A DNA stretch of 64,000 bases from Dimorphilus gyrociliatus (Eukaryota; Animalia; Annelida): NCBI GenBank assembly GCA_904063045.1, contig CAJFCJ010000028.1:687230-751229 (forward strand), given 5' to 3'. Numbering within the stretch: the first letter of the stretch is position 1; the number at the start of each line of letters is the position of its first letter. The notes below the pieces were generated by a model. The model saw only the letters and a list, made by a program, of their open reading frames with translations, had not been told where the DNA came from and searched no databases. This document shows, piece by piece, positions 1-14,237 of the stretch. Both the position numbers and the translations under genes were made by a program.

Positions 1-133
1 TTGTGTTGTAATAATACATCAGTATTAAATTACGAATTTGTTAGAATTTCACCTTCGAAATTTCTATACAATCTTTACAATTTCAAATAGATATAAACAT
101 ATCTATAAGATGTTTATTGTAATTAAATCTTAC

Positions 134-443
134 TATCGATATCTGTCTCCAATCTGTATCAACAATAGCACTTTTAAATGTTCCTTTAACCTGACTATTA
201 ACGGCCAGATACTTGTAATTTTTCAATAAACTTTCTTCGTTAAACGTTAAATTTGATTTCCATAATTTATATAGAGTTGTTTCATTACTTAAACGATCAA
301 ATTTTGATGATCTAAACAAGACTTTCCAATCTGAAAATAGTAGGGAAAAAAGAAACCGAAAAGGGAGAATTAACAGTTGGCTTACCTGAATAAATTGTTG
401 AACATTTTAAAAATGACATTATAAGGATAAATATGAATTTCAT
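134..443 (-). CDS. Partial secreted protein (2 exons visible: 443-386, 330-134); continues off the left edge or is truncated
   Basis: Exon 1 encodes the signal-like MKFIFILIMSFLKCSTIYS and ends CAG|gtaagc (phase 1). Acceptor ttttcag| opens in-frame DWKVLFRSSKF...LYKLW...FKSAIVDTDWRQISI|gtaaga. I found no open next exon in the remaining 133 nt. Confidence 0.6.
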
Positions 444-1390
444 TCTTTAAGAGGCAAAATACCTGTTCAATTCTTAAGCTAAGTATAAAAATTTGTCCTG
501 TAAAATACGCCAATATATATTCTCTCTGTAATACCATATGCATTTTTCTCTAGTCCAATAATTGGCTTGACAAACAAACCCTTATCGAACATCAATAAAT
601 TTAATGAATAGAATCTTCGAAATATGTAAGATAGTCTATTAATAAACTTGAGAATTGATAGAACTTTTACGCTCAGATTGGTACATTTAACAATTGTTTT
701 ATATGTAAAACGATTTAAAACAAGCTAATTTCTTTTTGTTTTATAATTGCAATATCATTTCATTTTTGAAATATGTAAAATAAATACAATTGTATCGTAC
801 ATGCATATTTTAGACTACAGTAGGTTTCCTTCTGCGAAGTGTATCTATTAAATGTATATATATATATGTATTCTAATTCTATCATTCCAGAAATTATGAA
901 GTAGTAACGTTCTACTTAAAATCATAAAAAGAGACAAGACATCAGTTCTTTTTTTCAACAGTAGATATTATATTCCTCTTTTTAAGCATGCCACAAATAG
1001 CTAAGTAATAATAGTTTTCTTATTAACAAGTATGTTTTCATATTAATAATGTAATAGTGTCAGAATATTAAAATACATATGTTGAAAAATCTCCTTCACT
1101 TTTTAACAGTGTCGTTCAGCGAATACAAAGACGGATTTCAATAGTATTTATTATATAACAATAGTTAATCAAGAATATATGAAACCATATGCCATGTTGT
1201 CTTATTATAATATATATATATATGTATATATATACAGATATATATATATATGCATATTTATATAATAATCATGAATGAAAAATTAGGAATAAAAGAAATA
1301 ATATACCTACCAGTTGATTTGCCGTTAAAAAAATTGAATGGAAACGGTATAAATATAAAGAAACTTGGCGTTTAAGATCACTCACATTTC

Positions 1391-1422
1391 TATAAAAGTA
1401 TTCAAGGAAGAGAATATTCATT
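1391..1422 (+). promoter_or_regulatory. TATA box plus Inr-like element of the PRXamide gene
   Basis: TATAAAAG at 1391-1398, TCATT about 29 nt downstream, ATG at 1439. Confidence 0.5.
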
Positions 1423-1438
1423 ATTCCGATTTCTGTTC

Positions 1439-1851
1439 ATGATGAAACTACATCTCTTAATAATCTTCTCTTCACTTATCATTAGTATTTCTGCTATGAT
1501 TTTTACTAAAACAAGAGAGTCTAGTGTACCGAGAATGGGTAAGAAGTCGGTACCTATTAAACCTCTTGCAGAAAGTAGAGAAAATCTAAAGAATAACCCA
1601 TTTATTAATGGCTTTCTCCCTGTTAAAGACATTCAAAGTGAGTAGCTCAATTGGTTATTTTTTTTGCTTATTTTTACACTTTTGTATCAATTTATGTGTT
1701 TATTTCTATATATAAATATATAACTTTTTCAGCAGATGACGACTCAATGTTCTCAACTTCAGAACTAAAAGAAAAGTCTCGAAAGTACAATGTGATTAAG
1801 AACATTAAATATGTCTATACAATGTTAAAGAAATATGCAACTGTTCAATGA
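1439..1851 (+). CDS. ETH/pleurin-like PRXamide neuropeptide precursor (exons 1439-1637, 1733-1851)
   Basis: Signal peptide MMKLHLLIIFSSLIISISA is followed directly by MIFTKTRESSVPRM-G-KK (amidation Gly plus dibasic site). Donor gtgagt at 1638 and a NAGNAG acceptor (ttttcagcag) keep the frame to the stop at 1851. Confidence 0.75.
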
Positions 1852-2089
1852 AAGTATTATTGTTTTTCGTTAAAAAGGAAAGCAATAGAGAAATAACAAA
1901 TGATTATATCATTTCATTTTACTTTTCTTTTTAAAGTGGTCATTTTGTAGGTTTATCTTCAATATATAGAGTAATAACATGTTCCAAAACAGCCTTATCC
2001 CTCTAAAAAATTTTTCATTTTTAGTAAAAATGTAGTTGAATATGTTGTTTATATTAACCAATTATGAGCTTTGCGACAAGACATATTGT

Positions 2090-2125
<36 letters not shown>

Positions 2126-3307
2126 ACTGTATATATTAATATAACAAGTATGTATATACATATAAACAAATAAAAAACGTTTTTGTACATTTCGGTCTTA
2201 ATCTCACACAGACATTTACGTTATAAATTACATTGAATAAATCTTAGTTGATTAATGAGTTAACTATTTTCGTTAAATTTCTCATAGTTAATCTTTAACT
2301 GAATAAAGATTTTTAATACAATCATCTAAACAAATTCAAATTTCTTTATTATTATACTTTTACATTAAAATATTATTTATATAGAAATGTGCAATTAATA
2401 ATTTTCTCTTCATAACAAAAGTTAGGTATCGTATTATACAAAAGCAGAGAGTTCTGATCGTAAACAGCCAATTCATTTACTTCGCTAGCTATGATTTATT
2501 TATATAATTTATTAATGCTAATTATTAATATATCTTTCAAAAAACATTCGGAATTTATTATTTATACAAGTTCTTTGATCATTTCTAAATCAAAATCCCA
2601 TTCCCTACCATTTATTTATATGACTATCAAATTCTCTTCTTAGCTGGTCATTTATAAGCTTTTGTCTTTATTATAATACTTCTTTTAGTCTATAATCCTA
2701 AAAAGATACTTACCCAACTAACTATTTTATAGTCCATATTATCCCTAAATACATTGCTAAATGGTTAGCAAATTGAAATGTTTTAGTATTTATATTAGTA
2801 AGAGGATAATTTACGCATTACTTCGTTTGTCATAGTTGTAATCCCTCTATGAGGTATTAGATTTAATTATTATATTGAATGTTGAAGTCTCATTACGTTT
2901 CCTTTTGTTATTTCATACTTTCCCCAAAAAAAATGGTCATCCCATATATACTTTTAATCGGTTCATAGACAACTGAAAATTATGCAATAGAGAGATAGAG
3001 AGATAAAGAGAAAGAGAGAGAGAGAGAGGGTTTCTAAAGACATACGTATGTAAAGATGTCAAAATAACAATCGTAATTTTTTGCTTCGTGACTAATTAAT
3101 AAATCTTCCAATAGATGAAAATAATGAATAAGCAAATTTCTCCTTTCTCATCATAACAATTTATAGAAGATATCCTTCTTGTTTACCCTCATATTAATTG
3201 AAAGTTAAAATAACTTATAATATTTAGGCATATTGTATTGCTTCCATATACGGTATAATAGTCTTATAACTTTATTCAATAAATAAGTAAATTTATAAGG
3301 GATTAAG

Positions 3308-4593
<1,286 letters not shown>

Positions 4594-4882
4594 ACTACTT
4601 TGCTATTTTAAATTGTGAAAACATAAATACTTTAATAATAAATTAGTAAAGTCTCTTACTGATTTGTTGGCTTTTGAATTCATACTTTTATTTGGCACAG
4701 AATTTAGATAATAGATTATAATTATGTAATTTGGGAACAAAAATAAAAATTATCTGTCGTCTGCTATTTGTTTATTTCGAGCGCCATCTGTTCCTCTAAG
4801 CAACCACTTCCGGGTTCTGTAAAGAAATTCATTATTGCAACCGGTATTTACTGCTCTAGCTTTGCTGATAGAATAAGGCAGA
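4594..4882. promoter_or_regulatory. Bidirectional promoter RNF32/translin with X-box-like and ETS motifs
   Basis: Head-to-head ATGs 289 nt apart. GTTCCTCTAAGCAAC (4790-4804) resembles an RFX X-box; ACTTCCGG (4806-4813) is an ETS consensus. Confidence 0.5.
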
Positions 4883-6082
4883 ATGTCTTACCAAATACCG
4901 CAAATGTTTTCCTCGTTCCAAGATGTAATAGACCAAGAGCAGATTATTCGCGAAGTAATAATATCTAGTATAATTTAAGACGTTTATTCACTTTCAAAGA
5001 AATCTTTTTTTTCGTAGAGTGTAAAGAGCTCTGTTCAAAATCTTGAACAGACATCCCGAACAATATTAGCGCTTATTCAAACAATTCATCAAGAAAATGG
5101 TGTAAAAACTGGTTTGTAAGGAAAATAAAATATATAAATTAAAAAGAGATGTTATTGAAAAAAACAATAGCAAAAGAGGTTGCACAAAAAGCCAGAGAAA
5201 TGTTTACCACTGTCCGCAAATACTACGAAGAACTTGCTTCTAAAATACCAAGCGAACAATACTACAAGTTAGCATTCTCTTATAAAATATTAGATTGTTG
5301 CCTACTAAACAAGTTGAATAAAAATGTCATATATTTTAGGTATCACGATCATTGGCGATTTGTAACACAAAGAATCTGTTTTTTAGCAGCTTTTACGACT
5401 TTTATTCAAGACGGTCGATTAATTTCAAAATCGGAAGTTGCTGAAATGTTAAATGGTTAGAAAAATAATTAAGTAGAATTTAATGTAAAAAGAAGGGAAA
5501 AGTCTTAATAAGCTTGTGTTTACTATAAGTCTTTTATATTCTCAATTCTATCTATTTAAAGAAGAATAACTTTAATACTGTATAGAAGGAGTTTATATAT
5601 TCAGCAAATATATCCTTTTTTTTAGGTTTTACATGTGTTGTTGTCATGAAATTGGATTTATTGAAATGTTTTTAGTATAAGAATCTTTTTAAGTGTTCTC
5701 TTCTCTTTTCAAGTTAAATCAGAAAGAACTAAGGACTCTTTCCATTTGGATTTGGAAGATTATTTAATGGGTGTTCTGCAAATGGCATCTGAATTGGTTT
5801 GTATGAAATAACATTGACACTGACTCTTTCAAATAGGATAGATTATACTGGAAGCTTTTTCGTAAACAGTCACGTTTCGCCGTTAACTCTGTGACAGCTG
5901 GAGATTATGAAACACCCTGTAAGATATCTAATTTTATGTCGGAGTTGGATGGAGGATTTAGGCTCTTAAACTTAAAGAATGACTCGCTAAGGAAAAAATT
6001 CGATGGTTTAAAGTATGATATACGTAAAGTAGAAGAAGTTGTCTACGATATAAGAATTAGAAATTTAAGTACGAAGAAGTAA
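4883..6082 (+). CDS. TSN: Translin (C3PO subunit), multi-exon
   Basis: MSYQIPQMFSSFQDVIDQEQIIRE|...EQYYK|YHDHWRFVTQR...FHLDLEDYLMGVL...VTAGDY...GFRLLNLKNDSLRKKFDGLKYD..KVEEVVYD: hallmark translin motifs. Confidence 0.95.
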
Positions 6083-7877
6083 ATCAATCATTCAGCGAAA
6101 CTGGTGTCAGTGTTTTTCTGTATTTTTCAATTATCGTTTTTATACATAAGAACGATATTTGAATCTATAAAGAGTTAAATTCCAGTTTTTCCCATCTTTT
6201 AATAAAGTTATTATCTTTCCTCGAAAATACATCTCATTCTGGATAGAGTATATGTATCACACATATATATATACAGTATATATAATATTTCTGTATATTC
6301 AATAGGAACATTTTAAATGAGAACAACCTATCATTTTTTATCATTTAGAAAATTGCTGGTACACCAATTACAAATGCTCTCTGATTCCATTTAAATCTAT
6401 TTTATTTATGATATTTAGAAAGTGATGCTTTCTGGAGAAGGTCAAGGTAAAATTCTTACAAATTTTTAAATATCCATTAATAAAAAGTATTGTACTTTCT
6501 AAGTGCCAGCATACACTTTTACCATAATATATATATTAGAGTTGCTGTAATTTTTCTCAGTAATTTCCAAATTAGGTCAAAAGATGATTTAACCCTGAAT
6601 TTCTTTTTCGTTTTTTGCTTTTTTTTTCTATAAAAACGCTCATATTCTGTTGGATTTTTGCGAGATTCACTAAAAGAAATTATTTTTGCTGACTCAGTTA
6701 ATACAAAAACGATTGTGAGAGAAATGAAAGAAAACTTTTATTCATGTTATTAGTAATTAATAGGCTATGTAAGCTTATATTTATTACCAAACATTTATTA
6801 ATATACATTGTAAGTTAATATATTCATACATATTCACATATACATTACTGCAATTGTCATAATATATGCAAGAAAAATGATTAAACAAATTAGTAATTGT
6901 ATAAAAGGAAGATTTGGAAAAGCAATCTACTGCAATTGAATATCAGACAGAATGAATTCAAACAGTATGGAAAAATAGAAAAAAAAAACAAAAGAGTCAT
7001 GGGAAATATTCAAAGGAAACTTATTGTAATTTTAGCTTTTCAATAATAAATATACGTTTAATATATAAAATAATAAAAAAAAATGATGTGCACTTGTTAA
7101 TTCTAATATTTCTTTACTTATAATACAGTATTTATGCTTATTAACAAGATCTGAAAATCTACCGAGTTTATTTAACAAAGATAATATATGAGTCTACTCA
7201 TAATCATACGCTTTTCCATTATCCGTACAAATAAATTGTATTGTGGGGTACGTACTTAGACGTATTTACTCGGAAGAATGCATAAATATTCAAAGAAGAG
7301 GGTAGATTCGTAAGTGAGGCAATACATAGATATCTGCCTGTGTACAACATTTACCACTAAGCTCTATAAAAAATACATTGTATGAAAAAGAGACAATGTC
7401 TCTTAAGCTTTACACAATTTCTTAAAGACTGCTAAGTATATAATTTCAAGAAACACGCGTCTTCAATTTTACCTCTCATTTATTATTATGCAATACTATA
7501 AATCATCAATTGAAGTGTCCTATAGCGGGGATGAAAGGTAAAGAAGTAAAGCTATTTATCCACTACACACAACTAACAGTACTAGGTAGTTTGTAAGTTA
7601 AAGTGTACAATCGTCTTTCGACTCCGTGTTAGAGATCTTTTATTTCAATAGGGAAAACAGTACTTTTCGTAGTGTTTATATAATATACTACCATATAGAG
7701 TGTCGTAGACAGCATATATTTAAATATATATGTATATATATGAGTGTGTGTTATATGTATATATTAATATGTTACCGCATATATATTAGTATATATTCAA
7801 TTTGCTAACATAACAATACTTCATGTTTAGAAATAATACTTGCTTATTTATTCACATTTTCAGACCGCCTCCCTAAT

Positions 7878-7890
7878 TGACGTCACCAAT
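7878..7890 (+). promoter_or_regulatory. Perfect CRE palindrome followed by CCAAT upstream of the SIFamide gene
   Basis: TGACGTCA at 7878-7885 directly followed by CCAAT; candidate TATAAAAG at 8186. Function not shown. Confidence 0.4.
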
Positions 7891-8903
7891 ACGAAAAGTG
7901 TGTAAGGCATTCTGACTTTGGTTCTGGTTCGAGAAGCTCCTTTCCTAATATAGTAAGCAATTTTAACTTATTTCTTTAATTCTAATATATCAAATTCTTA
8001 GACTAAAATAATATAAATATAGTATAACAGAAAAGTCTTTGAAATTTAAATTAAAATATAAATATATACAATATATATATATATATATATATATACATTT
8101 ATATAATTATACATATATATTATTACTTACGTTACAGTAATACAGTTTACCACGCATATTTGGAAATTATCGTTTTCTAAAGGGGTATAAAAGTTGTTTT
8201 TTCAGTAAATTGCAGATATTTTTATCATTCAATTATTACTATATATATTTATATTTATATATAAGTCATGGTATTAAAAAAGTACACATATTACATATAT
8301 TATATATACATATACAGTATATATATATTTATAGACAAGTTGAAGAATATAGTGTTATTAACTTTTACACTAATTGTTCAGTTATTTCACATACTCTTTC
8401 TGATGATCAAGTTCATTGAGAAATATTCTACGAAAACTTATATTAAACTTGACATATTTTAAAGAAACAAGTCCGTGTAATTTATTATCAAATCTTTGAA
8501 AATGCAGAGCTCTTATAGTTTCTGTATAGGCCATTGCTTAGAATTTAAACTTATGTCTTTAATGAATATTCACTAGAAAGAAATAATTATATTTTTCCAA
8601 AAGGTTCTATATATATCATCATTTATTGGTTATATGAACTTGATTAACCTTTTAATAATGGAATTTTCCCGAAATAATATTATACTAAGAGGAAATTTAT
8701 GGATTTAATTTGTTAAGGAAATCTTCCATAGCCTTTACATCGCCTTTTTGAATGCTAAATAAGTACAAACCACTCTTTTCTTTAACTTTTCTTGACCTCG
8801 AAATTCCAACTAATCCATTAATACAAGTACTTAGTAATTATTTATAAATTCCATATAATCTTTTGATTACAATTAATAAGACAAAAACTTTAAACAGATT
8901 ATC

Positions 8904-9812
8904 ATGAAGTCGTTCGTATCGTTGGTCTTGTTGGGTATTTTGGCATTGGTTGCTTTAGGTTTGTAATACTAAAGTAATGTTTAATTTTCAGTAGCGTCTA
9001 AAAGAATATTAATACCCAAAAGCTATAAAGTATAAATAGCCATGTTTATTAACAATAATTTGTTAACTCTTTTCCTCAATTTCGATGTTTTATCTAATAA
9101 CGTCTAAAAAAAAGGGAAAGAAAAACTGGTATCGATTTTTATTTCTTCTCCCAATAGTTTCCCTTTTCTTTGCTAGTTTTCTTATATAATAATTATTAAA
9201 ATATGTTACTCCTAGTCATCTTCTTCGGCATTAAGCTCTAACTTTTGAATTTGATAGATTAAACTGAGAGAAAAATAGAGGAAAAATTACAAGTAAACAA
9301 TCAGTCTCTTTATTTTTATACTCAGATATTAAAATGTATAGAAAGAAGTTTATTTAGACAATTTCTCTTCTCTTCTTTTTCTTGTATATATGTGTAAGAG
9401 AGAAATAACTTCCTTCAAGGTACTTAAAATGAAAAGGAGAAAGTAATATCTATTGTCTCTTCTCTCAAGACTTTCTTTAGCTTACTTTTCTCAACTTTCC
9501 TTCTAAACTAAAACTATTAATGAATAGACTTTTTAAGTCTTGATGAATACCTTGGCAATAGAATTTGTAACGATAACAAAGTTCTTATTTTATTGAAGAT
9601 ATAGAATGCACGATCTTTTACTTTTCCATTATAATATCGCGGAGGCGAACAAATAGCTTAATTGGAGATAAAATTGAGAGTGGCTCGTTTTCGATTCTAT
9701 ATAAATTTATAAGTATATCCAGCCACTTAGCTGCCTCGCTTAATTTTCTCTTCCATGCTCAATATTTCGTCCTTATTATTCACATTTATATATATATATA
9801 TATACTAATATA

Positions 9813-9880
<68 letters not shown>

Positions 9881-10086
9881 CAGCCCACCAAATGGAGGAT
9901 CATCCCCCCGCGGATAGCGGTTTATTCTTTGGAAAAAGAGCTAACCCTAATATGAACAATCTACTTTTTGGTCGTCGTAGTTCTCTGGATCCAAGAAAGG
10001 TCGTTCAAGCTACAGATGAATTCTGCAGAAATGCAGTAACAGCTTGTTCAAATTGGGCTGATAAAATGAATGAATATAGACATTAA
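8904..10086 (+). CDS. SIFamide/FFamide-family neuropeptide precursor (exons 8904-8958, 9884-10086)
   Basis: Spliced product MKSFVSLVLLGILALVALA-HQMEDHPPADSGLFF-GKR-ANPNMNNLLF-GRR-...C(x6)C tail. The two amidated peptides match the lophotrochozoan NPNMNxLFF/LLF-amide pattern. Exon 1 is absent from the ORF track. Confidence 0.9.
9818..9877. repeat. (AT)~30 microsatellite abutting a splice acceptor
   Basis: Pure AT repeat ending a few nt before taacag| at 9883. Confidence 0.95.
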
Positions 10087-13000
10087 TTTTTGTATAATAT
10101 CTGCAATGAATAATTATTTTTTAATAGATACAAAAATTTTAAGATTATAAGTGAATAAAAGAAATCAGAAAGGGATCAACTACTTGTAATGAAAGTATTC
10201 CTCCCATCTTAAGAGAATTCCAATACAAAATATACATTCTGAGCAATTTAAATATTAAGTTATATGTATTATAGTAAGAATGTTCTCCTCATTATTATGA
10301 TATTTAGAAATATAAGAACGTATATATCACATATACTAATTTACGTCTAATGAATAATACTATTCCAAGATTCTATAATCGTTCCAAAAAGTAAAATATC
10401 TGTATTCTAGTATACTAAGGATCTATATTTCTATATTTCTATGTTAAAAGAATAAGGTTAATTGTGTTCATTTACTAGAAATATTTTGTTGAAATAACAA
10501 AGGTTGAATATCATTATATTTTTATTTTTCAATGATAAGAATTAACTATATAAAATTTTTAAATAAACCGGAAATACTATGGCGGATTATATTGTAAAAT
10601 AATATAAATACCATTATAGAAAAGAGTTTTTCAACAGATTTGTCAAAAATCTAAAAATAAAAAGAGGAAAGTTTCCCTTCAGAATATTTAGAATGAGAAT
10701 GCTTAAACGTGAAAAGCTACGGACATGACTACCGCATTAGAGGACGTAGATGAAAGGAATTCTGGAAGAAGAGTTGAAAAATAGGACGGAAGCTGCATCC
10801 CTCTTTTATTCTCCTTCTCCTATACCCTTTAACCACCCACTTTTTTATTTTGAAGAGGCGTTCTATCTTCGTCAAAGTCGATTGTCGTTTTTTTAAGTTC
10901 TTTTTTACTTACTTGTTAAGTTGAGGACGTCTAATTTCTTTTATATAAAAATTATAGGTTTTTAAAATCGAGACAACATTCATTTTTCAATTGAAAGTTA
11001 TAAGAAAAAAAAAGGACTTAAAACTTTGAAAGAATATAAAAGTAAAGAGAAAATTATGATCAAATCAAATTTCATTACTAAAAGGCCTACGCAAAAGATT
11101 TATTTAGCTAGGAGTGTTACATTTAAAAAGAGAGAGAAAAAGGAATAGAATATGCGTGCGTGTGTGTGTGTGAGTTGGCAAAGAAATGAAAAGAAAGTAT
11201 AATTTAACAAACACATTGAAATAATCTATTCATATTTAATTACTATTTTATATAGTTTCGCATAAATGTCAAGAATATATTTAGCGTCCTTCGTCGTATC
11301 CAGGGTTTTAGAATAAAGAAGAATTTTCCAGAGACTACATCCTATATTTTTGCTTATAATATAAAGTATATAATTATTTATGTACATGAAAGTTATTTAA
11401 GTAATGATCAAGTAGATGTTTCATAAATATTTTAATAAGATTCACTGTATGTTTACTTGATGAAATTATGTTAATAAATATTAACTTTATAAAGCAATTA
11501 TCATCAAAATCTATTTTAATAATTAAAGTTTCAATTAGGGATTGTTTTTTTATTATATAAGACTGTTTATAGCTAAAATTTAATCTTTATTACCACGTAT
11601 AGATGGAGAAAGTTATATGAAGATCATTAACGACCGTAATCGGTAAAATAGTGAAAAATTACCCCAAGTCATTATTACATAGTACTTACTGTATGCTATT
11701 CTTAAATGATAGGTTTTTAAGCTTAATTGTAAGATAGATTTTTTCAATAAAGTTCTACCATTTCTTATCATCATCATTTAAATATTTCTTTTCTCTCTGG
11801 AATAAGATAAGGAGGAATTTTATTAAGATTATATTTACGTTATGCATAAATATTAATTAATATCTTTGGTATTGTCTTATGTAGTTTCCTAAATTCTTAT
11901 AAAAGAGAAAACTTAAATTGTGTCTCCGATATATTCCAATTTATATTTTGGCTTGTCAAGAATGAAGATAATATAATTTCTCAGAGAATAAAGAAGAGAA
12001 GCTAATATACAAAATGACAGATGTAATCTCAATAAAAATACATAAATCTCACGACATAATGTATCTGTACTCGTCTACTATACATTTATTAGTCATTTAA
12101 ATCACTGTAGATTTGAATTGACTAAAATATGCAGATTCTAGTAATATATTCATATTACTAGTACACGATTTATATGTTTACATTTTCCTAATCATACCTG
12201 TCTAAGGATATGTTTTACGGATAATGGATTACTAATGTATAATCAAATATAAGAATCCCTTTATTTTTGAAATCTTTGTTTGTAATCAGAGAATTTAGAC
12301 CACTGTACTATCCAATTTTCTCCCTCAACTCTCCCTAAATAAATGAAAACAAACTGCTACACCATTCAGGAAGTCTTCAACACGTTTTCCATTAGCAAAT
12401 GTTGTTTTCATGTCAAGATTGTTGGATATTTTTCTCACTTAAATTTGTCTCTGAACATTATATGATTATAAGTCTTTTATGATCTTTTTCCTACATCATA
12501 TCCATCATTTTTTACTAGTCTCATATCAAGCCTCCGTACGCTACCTTATTTAGTAAACAAATTAATATAGTTTACAATATAATGTTTTCTATTTAGGACA
12601 CATGATTTAAATAATCAAAACAACTGTTTATCACCTTTTAAATTCACTTAATTAAATTAAAACTTAGTTATTTCCGTTTAATTTTACTTAAATATTTAAT
12701 TAAATTCTAGTATTTAGTGTCTTCTTTAAGTTATAATTGTTTAATGAAAATTAAACTAGCTATGGTATTGAAAAAAGCATTCTCTCTCTCTCTTATATAT
12801 CAAAATTTTGTCAGCGATGGAAAATTTGGGTTTGTCAATGTTTGACAATAGTAAATATTAAATATTAAAAATCTTTATATTTAAATAGAATATAGTACAC
12901 TTTCAGTTTGTTTCAAATATCTACCAAATATACTCTTTTAGATCTTTCATTTGCCATTTGTCAGCAAATTTTCCTCTCAATATTTGGTAATGTACAACGT

Positions 13001-14237
13001 TTTCCAGTCCAGCTACCTATAGTATATAAAGTATATAAATTTTATGTATAAATAGTTACGTGTCTATTTTGTCAACAGTTAACTGGAAAAAGGAGGAAGA
13101 ATGATAGAAATAATAATGTTATCTTTTTAAAATAGTCTCTTTCATCTATTGTACGACTATTCTTGTATAATAAAACCTATTTACATTGACCTTAACCTTA
13201 ATCTATTTTAAATTGAAGTGAACACAAATGATATATAAAAGACGGTGTGATGTAATAAATTCTTATTAATAAATTAATTTATTACGTAGTATCACGTTTA
13301 TTTTAAAATGGCACCTTCATTATGTAAAAATACAAGTATTCGCATACATTTACATACCGTGGGCAATAAATTAAAGTTGTTTTATCATCTTTTACTCTTA
13401 TCTTATGGAAATTAATTGAGATAAAAAGGAGTTTTTTAATATTTTGTGAGAAATGAAGAAAAAACCTGAAAATCTTTTTAACAAATGCATAAAGTTAATA
13501 GTTTTTAGAATATAAATGATCATTTTTATAGTACTTAATAACCTTAGTTATATGTATGCGTTTTTATAGCATTATACTAAAGTAATCTTATTATTCAGTA
13601 CCTAGTTTTTATATCTTTTTTTTATAATATTGTGTTTCATACGGAAATTTCTCATGAATAAATATGAGTGTAAAATTGAACTAATACTTTTTTATCTATT
13701 AGATTTGTTTACTTTGAAAAGGTTAGAAATTTGTTTGAAAATCGTCTTGACTTATATAAGTGCTTTAGTAAACAAATCGTATAAAATTTATAGTTAATAC
13801 TATTTCAGTAATACATTAAAGCTGAAATAGAAAGGATGTCGAAACGATATACACAAGAATTAAATCGGTTAGTAAATTCTCTATTCATCCCTTTAATATA
13901 TAGTATATAGAGATATATATTTATTTAAATTGCTCATAATTTCGTTAATTATTTACGAAAATATCTTTTTTTAAAAATTAATGAACCCATACAAATTTAT
14001 TTCATTCACGTTCTCCAATAGCTATTGATGGTTTTTATATCGATTAGGCCTATATAGTTTTAGAATATATTTTTCCATCGCAAACTAAACAAAGTATTGG
14101 TAAAGGAAGAGCAGAAATTAAACTTTTTGATAAATAAAGAAGAAATTAAAATATATTCTGTACCAGTTTAAATTATCTACTTTATTATTGTTATTATATA
14201 TTCTTTCTTACTTTCTAGTTCGAAACAACGTGCCGGA

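Noticed and set aside
10690-10800. Short ORF MTTALEDVDERNSGRRVEK as a smoothelin first exon
   Set aside because: It ends in a stop with no usable donor; more likely promoter or UTR sequence.
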